64,000 bases of DNA from an uncultured bacterium (GCA_903869825.1 CAIQAL010000001.1:7185-71184), one strand, 5' to 3'; positions 9,222-19,562 are shown, counted from the stretch's first letter. The notes: generated from the letters alone by a model not told the origin. Made by a program: numbers and translations.

Positions 9222-10694
9222 TTAAGGTCTTAGTTTTTTTTCTGGAATTGCTTCCAGGGTTGCTATCAAGTAAATCCAGAATTTATCTACTGAAGCGATG
9301 AGTACTTTTTCGTCTGGGGAGTGAGGGTAGCGTATGGTCGGGCCAAACGAAATCATATCCATGTTCGGATAAACTCCGCCAAGCAGACCGCATTCCAGCC
9401 CGGCATGAATGGCTTTAATCTCAGGAATTTTTCCATAGAGTTTCTGGTAAACGTCCTGCATGGTTTTTAGGATTGGAGAATCCATATTTGGTTTCCAGCC
9501 TGGATAAGTCCCATCCAGGTCAATTTCAGCGCCGGCAAGTTCAAATACGGCACGAACCATTTCTTCGAGTTCTTCCTTTGATGAATCCACTGAACTGCGC
9601 AACAGGCATTGGATCTTTATTTCACCGTTTCCGGATTTAACGCTCGATAAATTAGTGGAAGTTTCTACGAGGCCCGGCATTGCATCGCTCATACGGATTA
9701 CACCATTTGGACAGGCATAAATCGCATTGAAGAGCCTTTTCTGGGTGTCTTCATCAATTAATGAAGCAGGCAGCGCAACTGGCTCACAGATGAATTTCAG
9801 ATCAGTCTCTACGCCTGACAATTCGTGGAGAAAGGTCTGATAATATTTGGAAAGGCTTTTTGCAAAACGTTCTTCTTCTGAAGCAGGAATTGTAACGATT
9901 GCAAATGATTCCCGTGGAATTGCATTTCTGAGGCTTCCGCCGTCAATCCAGGAGAGACGGAGGTTATGTTCCATTGCGGAGTATTTCAGAAAGCGATTCA
10001 TCAGTTTGTTTGAATTGCCTCGTCCAAGAATAATTTCAAGTCCAGAATGCCCGCCTTTAAGCCCGGTGATAGCCAGTTTAAACGCTTTCTGACCAGCTGG
10101 GACCGGGGTTTCTTTATATGAAAAGCTGGCGTTTGCATTTGTGCCGCCGGCACAACCAACATAGAGTTCGCCTTCGTCTTCCGAATCAAGATTTAGCAAG
10201 ATTTCACTATTCAGGAGACCCGGTTTTAAACCAGATGCTCCAGTCATACCGGTTTCTTCATCGCAGGTGAATAATGCTTCGATAGGTCCGTGGATCAGGT
10301 ATCTACTTTCGAGCACTGTTATAATTACTGCAATCCCGATTCCGTTGTCGGCGCCAAGCGTAGTTCCGTTTGCTGTTACCCATTTACCGTCAATATAAGC
10401 TTCGATAGGGTCGGTATCAAAATCATGAACTTTATCGCTGTTTTTCTGAGGAACCATATCAAGATGCCCCTGGAGTACGACGCCCTTGCGGTTTTCCATA
10501 CCAGCAGTGGCAGGTTTGCGGATGATAATATTTCCTACTTCATCCACGATGGTTACCAGCCCAAGTTTATAGCCGAAATCGACAATAAACTGTTGAATTT
10601 TATTTTCATTTTTCGACGGACGCGGAACCTGCGTCAGACTGTAAAAGTTCTGCCAAATCTGCTTCGGCTCAAGGTTAAAAATCTCTTCTTTCAT
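9222..10694 (-). CDS. pepD: Aminoacyl-histidine dipeptidase (peptidase M20C)
   Basis: PRPSKNE, LQGHLDMV, TTLGADNGIG, DEETGM, NLDSEDEG, GGHSG, HAGLECG, HSPDE. Confidence 0.95.
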   Translation of the reverse strand: MKEEIFNLEPKQIWQNFYSLTQVPRPSKNENKIQQFIVDFGYKLGLVTIVDEVGNIIIRKPATAGMENRKGVVLQGHLDMVPQKNSDKVHDFDTDPIEAYIDGKWVTANGTTLGADNGIGIAVIITVLESRYLIHGPIEALFTCDEETGMTGASGLKPGLLNSEILLNLDSEDEGELYVGCAGGTNANASFSYKETPVPAGQKAFKLAITGLKGGHSGLEIILGRGNSNKLMNRFLKYSAMEHNLRLSWIDGGSLRNAIPRESFAIVTIPASEEERFAKSLSKYYQTFLHELSGVETDLKFICEPVALPASLIDEDTQKRLFNAIYACPNGVIRMSDAMPGLVETSTNLSSVKSGNGEIKIQCLLRSSVDSSKEELEEMVRAVFELAGAEIDLDGTYPGWKPNMDSPILKTMQDVYQKLYGKIPEIKAIHAGLECGLLGGVYPNMDMISFGPTIRYPHSPDEKVLIASVDKFWIYLIATLEAIPEKKLRP

Positions 10695-10919
10695 AGTATA
10701 AATTTTTTAGAGGACCAACTGAATTGCTAATCCGCCTTAAATTCCAATAGAAGCTAAGGCAGACCAACAATTAGAAGACCAATAAAGTTTTTTCAAAATG
10801 CTCATTTGAATTTAAAGTAACACACATTGACTAGTATTGCAAGTTAAAAAAGTTCAGTTTTTACCAAATAAAGATATTTTTTCTTTTGTTTTTCTTTTAT
10901 TTTTGGTATAATAAAGAGA

Positions 10920-11546
10920 ATGATAATCACATATTTCGGAAAACAATTTTTCAAGATAACTCAAGGGGAAATGGCGATTGCTTTTAATCCTGTTAGTAAA
11001 AATTCAAAAACTGGCATTTCAGCCAAGTTTGGCGCCGATATTGGACTTGTTACCACTAACCATTATGACTACAACGGAATAGATCAAATTTCTCACGGAG
11101 ATAGAGTTCCGTTTATTATTTCCGGTCCTGGAGACTACGAAGTAAAAGAAATATTTGTGAAAGGAGCAATGTCTAAGGGAGAAATTGGCGGGAAAAAATA
11201 CATCAATACCATTTATCTTTTGACGGTGGACAATATTGATATAGTTTTTCTTGGAGCCTTGAATGATCCAGAGATAAGTAAAGAAGCACGGGAAGCAATT
11301 GAAGAGCCGGACATTTTATTTGTTCCGGTCAGTGGTAAAGGAACCCTGGAAGCAAAGCAAGCCGCAAAATTGGCTTCCTCGCTAGAACCAAAACTTATCA
11401 TCCCGATGGATTATGATTCAGCATCGCTCAAAGCTTTTTTGAAAGAAATTGGAGAAGAAAAAGCTGAGGTGGTGGATAAACTTACTTTAAAAAGAAAAGA
11501 CCTTGAAGGGAAAGAAGGAGAGGTCGTGGTTTTACAAGCAAATTAG
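10920..11546 (+). CDS. Metallo-beta-lactamase-fold protein (degenerate metal motif)
   Basis: MIITYFG, LVTTNHYDYN, GPGDYEV, DILFVPV, PKLIIPMDY. Confidence 0.8.
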   Translation: MIITYFGKQFFKITQGEMAIAFNPVSKNSKTGISAKFGADIGLVTTNHYDYNGIDQISHGDRVPFIISGPGDYEVKEIFVKGAMSKGEIGGKKYINTIYLLTVDNIDIVFLGALNDPEISKEAREAIEEPDILFVPVSGKGTLEAKQAAKLASSLEPKLIIPMDYDSASLKAFLKEIGEEKAEVVDKLTLKRKDLEGKEGEVVVLQAN

Positions 11547-11556
11547 TTCTAATTTT

Positions 11557-11817
11557 ATGAAAAAAGTAATCCATCATATAAGAAATATAAGAAGTAAGTC
11601 GGAAGAAGACAGAAGACATATTTTACATATCACGATAGTAATTGCTGGAATAATTATGGTACTTCTTTGGACATTTTCCTTGGGTAGAACTATTACTAAT
11701 CCAGACACAAAAACAAAAATAAAACAGGATTTGAAACCTTTTTCTGCTTTACAAAAAGATGTGGTCGGAAGTTTTAATGGTATAAACGGAAAGACTCCTT
11801 CAAGTTCTAACCAGTAA
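11557..11817 (+). CDS. Small single-pass membrane protein
   Basis: ATG at 11557 after the upstream stop; [12 protein letters not shown] followed by a hydrophobic helix; ends 1 nt before gyrA. Confidence 0.65.
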   Translation: MKKVIHHIRNIRSKSEEDRRHILHITIVIAGIIMVLLWTFSLGRTITNPDTKTKIKQDLKPFSALQKDVVGSFNGINGKTPSSSNQ

Positions 11818-11818
11818 T

Positions 11819-14284
11819 ATGGCAAAAAAATCAACTTATGAAAGTGCGCCGGAGGCGCCACGAAAAGATGGAATTCTCCCAGTAGATATTGTGGGAGAAA
11901 TGAAAGAATCATATTTGGCATATGCAATGTCGGTTATTACTTCGCGTGCTCTGCCGGATGTTCGAGACGGACTGAAGCCGGTTCATCGTAGAATATTATT
12001 TGCGATGAATGAAATGGGGCTCACTTCAAGTGCTCGATTTCGAAAATCGGCGGCGGTAGTGGGAGATGTGCTTGGAAGATATCATCCTCACGGAGATGTG
12101 GCAGTTTACGAAACAATGGTGGGGATGGCACAAGAATTTTCTTATCGTTACCCATTCATTTTAGGCCAAGGAAACTTTGGTTCGATTGACGGAGACAGCG
12201 CCGCGGCGATGCGCTATACCGAAGCAAAGATGGCAAAGATTTCAAACGAGCTACTAAAAGATTTGGAAAAAGAAACGGTTGATTTTCGACCAAATTATGA
12301 TCAAACAAGGAAAGAGCCAATTGTTCTTCCCGCTTCTGTTCCAGCTCTTCTATTGAACGGAACTTTAGGAATTGCAGTCGGGATGGCAACAAACATTCCT
12401 CCGCATAATTTAGCGGAAGTGGTGGATGCCACAGTACATTTGATCGACAATGAAGAGGCTACGACCGAAGACTTGATGCAATTTGTAAAAGGTCCTGACT
12501 TTCCAATGGGAGGAATTGCCTATGGTTCTAAAGATATGATTCACGCTTATTCCTCGGGACGAGGGGGAGTGGTTTGTCGAGGAGAAGCCGAGATTATCGA
12601 AACAAAAGGAGGGAGTTTTCAGATTGTCATTACTTCAATCCCATTTCGGGTCAATAAATCAAATTTGATAATGTCGATTGCAGAATTAGTACAAGAAAAA
12701 AAGCTGGATGGAATAAAAGGTTTGCGAGATGAATCGACAAAAGATATCAGAATCGTGATTGATTTAAAAAACGGTTCTCATCCGGAAAAAGTTTTAAACT
12801 ATATTTATAAAAATACTCAACTTGAATCGAATTTTAATTTCAACATGGTAGCTTTGGTGGATGGAGTTCCTCAAACTCTTTCCTTGAAATCAATTCTTTC
12901 AGAATTTATCACTCACAGAAGAGAAGTGGTAAAAAGAAGATCTCAATATGATCTTCGAAAAGCGGAAGAGCGGGAACATATTTTACTTGGTCTCAAGAAA
13001 GCTTTGGATAAGATTGATCGGGTTATTTCGATAATCAGGAGTTCAAAAGATGCCGGAATCGCGAAAGTAAATTTGATGAAAGAATTTAAATTTTCGGATT
13101 TACAGGCCACGGCAATTCTTGAAATGAAGTTGCAAAAACTTGCCGGGCTCGAAAGAAAAGCAGTAGAAGACGAATTGGCGGAAAGGCAGAAATTCATCAA
13201 AGAAATAAAGGAGCTTTTGGCTAATCCAAAAAAAATGCTTAAGGTTGTTTCGGAGGAATTAAAAGAAATTCGTGAAAAATATTGCGATGAACGTCGAACA
13301 AAAATAGTGAAAGGAGGAGTAAAAGAAATCAATGATGAAGATTTGATTCCCGATGAGGAAACGATGCTTGTTTTCACTGCTGGTGGATATGTAAAACGAA
13401 CTGATCCGAGTGAGTATCGTGCTCAAAAAAGAGGCGGAGTCGGAGTAGTAGACCTTGAAACAAAAGAAGAAGATTTTGTTACGAAACTTGTTTCTGGTTC
13501 AACCCACAGCGATTTGCTGTTCTTTACAAATTTGGGAAAAGCTTATCAAATAAAAATGTATGACATTCCGGAAGGACGCAGAGCAACAAAAGGAAAATCA
13601 ATTATGAATTTCCTTTCACTCGCTAGTGAAGAAAAAGTTACTTCCATTTTGCCGATGTCGAAAGAAATGAAAAAAACTCCGATTTCTTTGATGCTTGTAA
13701 CAAAAAATGGCACCGCAAAGAAAATGTCAGGTGAGAGCTTCACTGATGTTCGCCGAAGTGGCATTATTTCGATTCGTCTGGATAAGGGTGACGAATTAGT
13801 GCAAGCTTTACTCACTGACAAGGGAGATGAAGTAATGGTCGCCACAAACGGGGGACAGTCAATCCGCTTTAAAGAAAGTGATATTCGGGAAATGGGCCGT
13901 ACCGCTGGAGGTGTGCGCGGAGTAAAGCTTGGAAAGACGGATGAAGTTATTGCTGTTGACGTAATTAAAAAAGAAAAAAAAGACGGATTTTTCCTGACGA
14001 TGAGCGCAAACGGTTTTGGCAAAAAGACAGCTTTAAAAGAATACAAAGTTCAAAAGAGAGGTGGTTCTGGAATTAAAACTGCGAAGGTGACTCCAAAAAC
14101 AGGAAAGTTAATTGTGGCAAAAGTCTTAACCGGTGAAGAAGAAGAATTAATTGCAATGTCAAAGAAAGGACAAGTCATCCGAACTGCTTTAAAAGATATT
14201 CCGTCGCTTGGCCGACAAACTCAAGGCGTTACTATTATGCGACTTCGTGCCGGCGATGGTATTGCTTCCTTAACTTGCGTATAA
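11819..14284 (+). CDS. gyrA: DNA gyrase subunit A
   Basis: [29 protein letters not shown], GyrA-box QKRGGVG, C-terminal pinwheel repeats. Confidence 0.98.
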   Translation: MAKKSTYESAPEAPRKDGILPVDIVGEMKESYLAYAMSVITSRALPDVRDGLKPVHRRILFAMNEMGLTSSARFRKSAAVVGDVLGRYHPHGDVAVYETMVGMAQEFSYRYPFILGQGNFGSIDGDSAAAMRYTEAKMAKISNELLKDLEKETVDFRPNYDQTRKEPIVLPASVPALLLNGTLGIAVGMATNIPPHNLAEVVDATVHLIDNEEATTEDLMQFVKGPDFPMGGIAYGSKDMIHAYSSGRGGVVCRGEAEIIETKGGSFQIVITSIPFRVNKSNLIMSIAELVQEKKLDGIKGLRDESTKDIRIVIDLKNGSHPEKVLNYIYKNTQLESNFNFNMVALVDGVPQTLSLKSILSEFITHRREVVKRRSQYDLRKAEEREHILLGLKKALDKIDRVISIIRSSKDAGIAKVNLMKEFKFSDLQATAILEMKLQKLAGLERKAVEDELAERQKFIKEIKELLANPKKMLKVVSEELKEIREKYCDERRTKIVKGGVKEINDEDLIPDEETMLVFTAGGYVKRTDPSEYRAQKRGGVGVVDLETKEEDFVTKLVSGSTHSDLLFFTNLGKAYQIKMYDIPEGRRATKGKSIMNFLSLASEEKVTSILPMSKEMKKTPISLMLVTKNGTAKKMSGESFTDVRRSGIISIRLDKGDELVQALLTDKGDEVMVATNGGQSIRFKESDIREMGRTAGGVRGVKLGKTDEVIAVDVIKKEKKDGFFLTMSANGFGKKTALKEYKVQKRGGSGIKTAKVTPKTGKLIVAKVLTGEEEELIAMSKKGQVIRTALKDIPSLGRQTQGVTIMRLRAGDGIASLTCV

Positions 14285-14314
14285 CAACTGTGCACAAAAT
14301 GTTATAATTAAATT

Positions 14315-14857
14315 ATGTTTGCTGATCCAATAAAAAATTTAAAACAATTCGGACTTCGGGAAGATATGATTGTGGCAGATTTGGGGGCGGGCACCGGTTT
14401 TTATTCTGTCGCGGCCGCTAGAATGTTGCCAAAAGGAAAAGTATACGCGGTTGAAGTTATAAAGGATTACGTAACTACAATCAAAAATAAGGCAAAAGAA
14501 CTTCGATTAAATAATATCGAGTGTTTTTGGGGAGATATTGAAAAATTAGGAGGTACAAAATTAAAAAACGGTATTGTTGATGCCGTTATTTGTTCCAACA
14601 TTTTTTCTCAGATTTCTGACCACGATGGTTTAATCGCTGAAATAAAGAGGATAATAAAACCAACTGGTAAGATATTTTTTATTGAGTGGGTGGATGGGCC
14701 TTCTTTGGTTGGTCCCAAACAAGAAAAAATGTTTTCAAAAGAAAAAGTGGTTGGAATGTTTGAAAAAATAGGTTTCTCACTTGAAAGAGAGATAGATACC
14801 GGAAGCCATCATTATGGTATGATATTAATAAATAAAAAATATGAAAGGAAATTTTAA
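14315..14857 (+). CDS. Class I SAM-dependent methyltransferase
   Basis: VADLGAGTGFY motif I, KVYAVEV, RIIKPTGK. Confidence 0.88.
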   Translation: MFADPIKNLKQFGLREDMIVADLGAGTGFYSVAAARMLPKGKVYAVEVIKDYVTTIKNKAKELRLNNIECFWGDIEKLGGTKLKNGIVDAVICSNIFSQISDHDGLIAEIKRIIKPTGKIFFIEWVDGPSLVGPKQEKMFSKEKVVGMFEKIGFSLEREIDTGSHHYGMILINKKYERKF

Positions 14858-16136
14858 GTTGATTTTAATAGTAGTTTTTATGGTGGCTGCTATTTTTGGC
14901 ATTTTGGTTTTTTCGGGATTGATTCCCCTCGGTAGCCAAAAAAACTCTGAAGGGTTACTTGGAACGGTTACTTTATGGGGGACCGAAAAAACAGTCAACC
15001 TGGCACAAGCATTAGAAAATTTTAATAAGGCGAATCCGACTTTTCTCGTAAAATATATAGAGAAAGATCCGGAAACCTTCGATAGTGATTTGCTTGAAGC
15101 ATTAGCGTCTGGCACAGGCCCGGATATGTTTTTAATTTCAAATAATTTAGCTTATAAATACAGTAATAAGATTTACACCATTCCGTACCAAAGTTATCCG
15201 CTTGCTTCGTTCAAAAACAATTTTGCCGGGGCAGGCGAAGTGTTTCTTACTTCAAAAGGAGTATTAGCTTTTCCGATTACAATAGATCCACTGGTTATGT
15301 ATTACAATCGTAGTATTTTGGATACCAATAATATTATCTATCCGCCCCAAACTTGGTCCGATTTCGATACATTGGTTCCAACCCTTACCAAGCTTGATGC
15401 CGGAAATAAAATCAAGACAAGTGCTGTTGCGATGGGACAGTTTGCAAATGTTTTAAACGCAAAAAGTATTTTAGCCACTCTTTTTATGCAAGTTGGAAAC
15501 CCAGTAATTGCCGAGAAAAATGGTATCTTCTCTTCTACTTTGGATGATAATACAAAGTCAGACTTAAGTTCGGTCCTAAAATTTTATACAAATTTTTCTG
15601 ATCCATTAAACAGTTTTTATACTTGGAATCGTTCACTTCAAAATTCTCAAGATGCTTTTAGTTCTGAAAACTTAGCTTTCTATTTTGGATATTCTAGCGA
15701 ACTCCCGTCTTTAGTTCAAAAGAATCCGAACGAAAATTTTGCGGTTGCTCCAATGCCCCAAGTAAAGAATTCGAATTATAAGACTACCGAAGCTGAAGTG
15801 ACCGGTATTGCGATTTCTTCTTTTTCAAAGAATTTTAACACTGCCTTTCTTGCAGCGAGCTTGATGGCAACGACTGACTTTGCGAAAAATTATATTAAAG
15901 CGGCCTCTCTTGTGCCAGCCAGAAGGGACCTTCTTTCCCAAAAGCAAACAGACGATTTTTACCCGGTATTTTATTCTTCTGCTTTATATGCCCGAAGTTG
16001 GATTGACCCGTTGGAAAGTGATACCAATGACATTTTTAGAAATATGGTGGAAGGGGTTCTTTCAAACAACATGACTCCCAGTGAAGCGATAAAGGATTCA
16101 AGTGCCAAACTTGATTTATTATTAATAAAAAAATAA
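14841..16136 (+). CDS. Membrane-anchored extracellular solute-binding protein (sugar-SBP-like), no adjacent permease
   Basis: N-terminal TM helix; LASGTGPDMF, DPLVMYYNR, PPQTWSDF, AFYFGY. Confidence 0.8.
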   Translation: MKGNFKLILIVVFMVAAIFGILVFSGLIPLGSQKNSEGLLGTVTLWGTEKTVNLAQALENFNKANPTFLVKYIEKDPETFDSDLLEALASGTGPDMFLISNNLAYKYSNKIYTIPYQSYPLASFKNNFAGAGEVFLTSKGVLAFPITIDPLVMYYNRSILDTNNIIYPPQTWSDFDTLVPTLTKLDAGNKIKTSAVAMGQFANVLNAKSILATLFMQVGNPVIAEKNGIFSSTLDDNTKSDLSSVLKFYTNFSDPLNSFYTWNRSLQNSQDAFSSENLAFYFGYSSELPSLVQKNPNENFAVAPMPQVKNSNYKTTEAEVTGIAISSFSKNFNTAFLAASLMATTDFAKNYIKAASLVPARRDLLSQKQTDDFYPVFYSSALYARSWIDPLESDTNDIFRNMVEGVLSNNMTPSEAIKDSSAKLDLLLIKK

Positions 16137-16550
16137 ATGAAAAAAAAATTTAGCGTATTATTAATTATTTTTCTTTTCAGTTTTATAGCTATGCCAGCTA
16201 TGTCCTTTGCGGAAGATACTCCACCAGATCTTTCTACCTCCGGGAACGGATTAACGGCCCCTTGCCCGACTGCCGGTTGTGGCTTCAATGACTTATTTGT
16301 ATTGGTAAAAAAAGTCATAAATTTTATTCTTTTTGCTTTAGCAGTTCCGATTGCCGCTATTATGTTTGCTTATGCCGGTTTTGAGTTGGTCACTTCCGGT
16401 GGCGAGTCTTCCAAAAGAACTAAGGCAAAAGAAATTTTTACGAACGTGGCCTTGGGACTTATTTTTGCGGCGGCTGCTTGGCTTATTGTACATACTTTAT
16501 TAACAATATTAGGATATCAGTCGACTTGGAGTACTTGGTTTGGCTTATAA
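16137..16550 (+). CDS. VirB2/TrbC-like (T4SS-type) pilin 1
   Basis: Signal peptide (AMSFA), C-x4-C, two TM helices around YAGF..TSGG..KAK..GL. Confidence 0.8.
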   Translation: MKKKFSVLLIIFLFSFIAMPAMSFAEDTPPDLSTSGNGLTAPCPTAGCGFNDLFVLVKKVINFILFALAVPIAAIMFAYAGFELVTSGGESSKRTKAKEIFTNVALGLIFAAAAWLIVHTLLTILGYQSTWSTWFGL

Positions 16551-16570
16551 AGTAAGGTATAATTATCATT

Positions 16571-16924
16571 ATGAAACATAATCGCAAGCTAGATTTATTA
16601 ACCATGTTCCTTGCATTTTTTGTATTGTTGGGTCCAATTGCTGTTCTCGCAGCGACATCAACGCCTACTATCGATAATCCAATTGGCCCGGCAACAGTAA
16701 ATGAATTCATTAAAACAATTTTAGAGGGAGTAATAAGAATAGGCATTCCGATTATAGCTTTAGCATTAGTCTACTGTGGTTTTTTGTTTGTCTCAGCCCG
16801 AGGCAATACCGAAAAGATAAATACAGCTAAGGATTCTTTAATTTATACATTAGTCGGGGCAGCGATACTCCTTGGGTCATGGGCAATCGCTCAGCTTATT
16901 TCTAATACGGTATTAAAATTATAA
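16571..16924 (+). CDS. VirB2/TrbC-like pilin 2
   Basis: Signal peptide, IDNPIG, YCGFLFVSARGN..AK..L..GAAILLGSW. Confidence 0.8.
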   Translation: MKHNRKLDLLTMFLAFFVLLGPIAVLAATSTPTIDNPIGPATVNEFIKTILEGVIRIGIPIIALALVYCGFLFVSARGNTEKINTAKDSLIYTLVGAAILLGSWAIAQLISNTVLKL

Positions 16925-16933
16925 ATATATTTT

Positions 16934-17683
16934 ATGAAAAATAAAAAGTTTGTGAAGATTAGTTTAATGATTTTTGTTTTAGCCATTCTGTTATTTTCTC
17001 CAGTATCGTCCTTTGCAGCAGCCCCTACTGGGCAAATAGTTTGTCGCGATGCTGTTACGAACATTAAAGACTTAATTTGCCGAGTTGGAGAAATATTAAA
17101 CTATATTATTCCATTTTTATTACTCCTTGGAGTCGTTTATTTTGTTTGGGGAGTAGTGCAATATGTGATTAAAGACGAAGAAGAAGCGAAAAAGAAAGGA
17201 CGAGATAAAATAATCTATGGCTTGATTGGGATCGTAGTTATTATTTCTATGTGGGGAATAGTAACTTTGATTATTAATACTTTTGGTATAAGTACAGCGG
17301 AACTCGCTCAAATTACTCCCGGAACAACTTTTTCTCAAACCAGCAATAATTATACTCAAGTTTCAAATATTTGCGCTACCAACTACAAATCTCTTTCAGA
17401 ACCGTTGTTAGGAGATTTGATAAATTATGTAACTTGTACCATCAGTAAATCTATTGTACCACTTCTCTTTACCCTGGCTACACTCTTGTTTGTTTGGGGA
17501 GTAGTTCAATATGTTATAAACGCTGATTCGGAAGAAAAACGAACCAAAGGAAGGGATTTTATGATTTGGGGAATTGTTGCACTTGCCGTAATGGCAGGGA
17601 TGTGGGGGTTAGTAAACATTTTTGGAACTACTTTTAACATCGGGAATGGTACCCAGTATGTCCCTCAGGTAAAAAGTAATTAG
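16934..17683 (+). CDS. VirB2/TrbC-like pilin 3 with two pilin domains in tandem
   Basis: FVWGVVQYVI..EE..KGRD.I/MI.G..MWG occurs twice, each preceded by a Cys pair. Confidence 0.8.
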   Translation: MKNKKFVKISLMIFVLAILLFSPVSSFAAAPTGQIVCRDAVTNIKDLICRVGEILNYIIPFLLLLGVVYFVWGVVQYVIKDEEEAKKKGRDKIIYGLIGIVVIISMWGIVTLIINTFGISTAELAQITPGTTFSQTSNNYTQVSNICATNYKSLSEPLLGDLINYVTCTISKSIVPLLFTLATLLFVWGVVQYVINADSEEKRTKGRDFMIWGIVALAVMAGMWGLVNIFGTTFNIGNGTQYVPQVKSN

Positions 17684-17811
17684 TTTTTTATTAATTGGTT
17701 ATCTGTTATAATTAGGTTAGCCTAAGAAAGGAGAATATTATTAGTAAGGTCGCATTATTATTATTTCAGCCACGAGCTGATCCGCATTAAGCGGAAGGAA
17801 AGTAAAATATT

Positions 17812-18192
17812 ATGAAAAAGAGATTAATTGTTTTGTCGAGTGTGTTGTCTTTAGTACCATTTTTGGCACTAGCCCAAAATGCCGGACTTTGTACCTACCA
17901 AACCGGGATCCAAGCGGTTATTTGTAAAATTGGAGAAATTTTAAATACGATAATTCCAATTTTGATTGTTTTGGGTGTTGTTTACTTCGTATGGGGAGTC
18001 ATCACCTATATGATTGGAGCAGACGAAGAAGCAAAAAAGAAAGGACGAGATAAGATTATTTACGGAATCATTGGTCTTGTTGTAATCGTTGGGATGTGGG
18101 GATTGGTAAAGATTGTTACTAGTACTTTTCAATTGAATAACTCAACTGGAGGGATTGTAACTCCTTGTGTTCCAGGAACTCCAGGCTGTTAA
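17812..18192 (+). CDS. VirB2/TrbC-like pilin 4
   Basis: Signal peptide (LALA|Q), FVWGVITY..EEAKKKGRDKIIYG..MWG, C-terminal PCVPGTPGC. Confidence 0.8.
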   Translation: MKKRLIVLSSVLSLVPFLALAQNAGLCTYQTGIQAVICKIGEILNTIIPILIVLGVVYFVWGVITYMIGADEEAKKKGRDKIIYGIIGLVVIVGMWGLVKIVTSTFQLNNSTGGIVTPCVPGTPGC

Positions 18193-18201
18193 AGATAATT
18201 T

Positions 18202-18552
18202 ATGAACTTTCTTTTTACAAACATAGCATATGCAAGTGGTGAATCAGTAGGGGAGTTCATGGATAAGGTTGATACATTTATTATCAATCCTCTGATTTTG
18301 TTACTGTTTGCTTTAGCGGTTGTGTATTTCCTTTATGGAATAGTTGAATTTATTTCAAATGCACAGAATGAAGAAAAAAAAACTGCCGGCAAAAGTCATA
18401 TGATTTGGGGAATTGTTGGAATAGGAATAATGATGGCAGTATTTACTTTGATGCACATTGTTCTAAATACTTTAAACATCAAAGGTGTCGATCCTGAGAA
18501 TGGAAAAGTACAACTTGATGATTACAATCCGCCATCTTCGTATACTCAGTAA
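18202..18552 (+). CDS. VirB2/TrbC-like pilin 5
   Basis: INPLI.LLF..A.VYFLYG..EE...GKSHMIWG. Confidence 0.75.
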   Translation: MNFLFTNIAYASGESVGEFMDKVDTFIINPLILLLFALAVVYFLYGIVEFISNAQNEEKKTAGKSHMIWGIVGIGIMMAVFTLMHIVLNTLNIKGVDPENGKVQLDDYNPPSSYTQ

Positions 18553-18564
18553 AAAAGAAAACGT

Positions 18565-18608
18565 TAAAATAAAAAAGCGACCAGAGTGTAGGTCGCTTTT
18601 TTATTTTA
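18565..18608. terminator. Bidirectional intrinsic terminator
   Basis: taaaataaaaaagcgacc-agagtgta-ggtcgcttttttatttta perfect inverted repeat between convergent genes. Confidence 0.85.
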
Positions 18609-18615
18609 TTTGTTG

Positions 18616-19362
18616 TTAAGCATGTTTTAAGGGCATTCTTTTTTCCTCTTCACTTACATAGAGTCTCCTCCAAAGGATTACTCCCAAAAGAATCAAGATG
18701 AAGAAGAAAATCCATTGTAGTAAGCTCGAAGGCATAAAAGCGTTGCTTCCAAAAATTGCACTTGCCGCTAAGTCTTTTGTTGTCGCGGTAGTGGCATCTT
18801 GTGTGTTTGTTGAATTGGAAGAATTATTTTGGTTAGAGGCTTGAGTGTTGTTGGTTCCATTATTGGTTGTTTGTGTATTATTGGCATAACCGTTGTTGTA
18901 ATTGTCTTTGATGGTGAACGTTACTTGATTTGATATTCCCCCGGCTGGGCTTGGATTAAAAACAGCTACCGAATAGTGAGAGGAATATTGCAAGGCAGTA
19001 GGGTTGAGCTCGGTAGTTAGAGTTCCGGAATTAAGATAGGTAGTCATTAAATCTGTACCGTTAATTCTAATAACTGATCCTTGGATAAAATTATATCCTG
19101 AAACAGTTATTGTTTGGTAAGAATTTCTAGGAACGGAATTTGGGCTGACGTAAGTAACTACCGGGACTGGGTTGACGACGTAATTATTGATATTATTAAC
19201 CGGCGGAGTATATGCTTGGTACCCGACGTAGGTATCACCTTGCCAACCTACTTGGTAATTTGCTTTAATTTGGGTAGCTGGAATAGCCAATAAACTCAAA
19301 GCTATAACAGAGAAAGTAATAAATTTTGGAGCTATTAAATTTTTCATATTTTTAATATTCAT
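18616..19362 (-). CDS. Surface protein: signal peptide, IPT/TIG-like Ig domain, Asn/Thr-rich linker, C-terminal TM anchor
   Basis: NPVPVVTYVSP..ITVSGYNF..VFNPSPAGGISN, low-complexity N/T/Q linker, LLQWIFFFILILLGVILWRR. Confidence 0.75.
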   Translation of the reverse strand: MNIKNMKNLIAPKFITFSVIALSLLAIPATQIKANYQVGWQGDTYVGYQAYTPPVNNINNYVVNPVPVVTYVSPNSVPRNSYQTITVSGYNFIQGSVIRINGTDLMTTYLNSGTLTTELNPTALQYSSHYSVAVFNPSPAGGISNQVTFTIKDNYNNGYANNTQTTNNGTNNTQASNQNNSSNSTNTQDATTATTKDLAASAIFGSNAFMPSSLLQWIFFFILILLGVILWRRLYVSEEEKRMPLKHA

Positions 19363-19368
19363 ACCTAT

Positions 19369-19397
19369 AGTATAGCATATACTGATTTAAAAGTCAA
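19369..19397 (-). promoter_or_regulatory. Sigma70 promoter predicting a leaderless transcript of the IPT gene
   Basis: TTGACT (19392-19397), 17-nt spacer, TGC-TATACT (19369-19374), 6 nt before ATG. Confidence 0.75.
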
Positions 19398-19442
19398 GTT
19401 AAAAATGGGTATTTAAAAAAGCAGTTAAATCTGCCTTTTTTG

Positions 19443-19524
19443 TGCTGGAGGAGGGACTCGAACCCTCAAGCCTTGCGGCACTAGTTCCTAAGACTAGCGC
19501 GTATACCAATTCCGCCACTCCAGC
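19443..19524 (-). tRNA. tRNA-Leu(TAG)
   Basis: GCTGGAG/CTCCAGC acceptor stem, CTAGT-CTTAGGA-ACTAG anticodon arm, long variable arm, GGTTCGAGTCC. Confidence 0.95.
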
Positions 19525-19562
19525 AAACATAATTTTATATAAATGTTTTAATTAAACATTTG

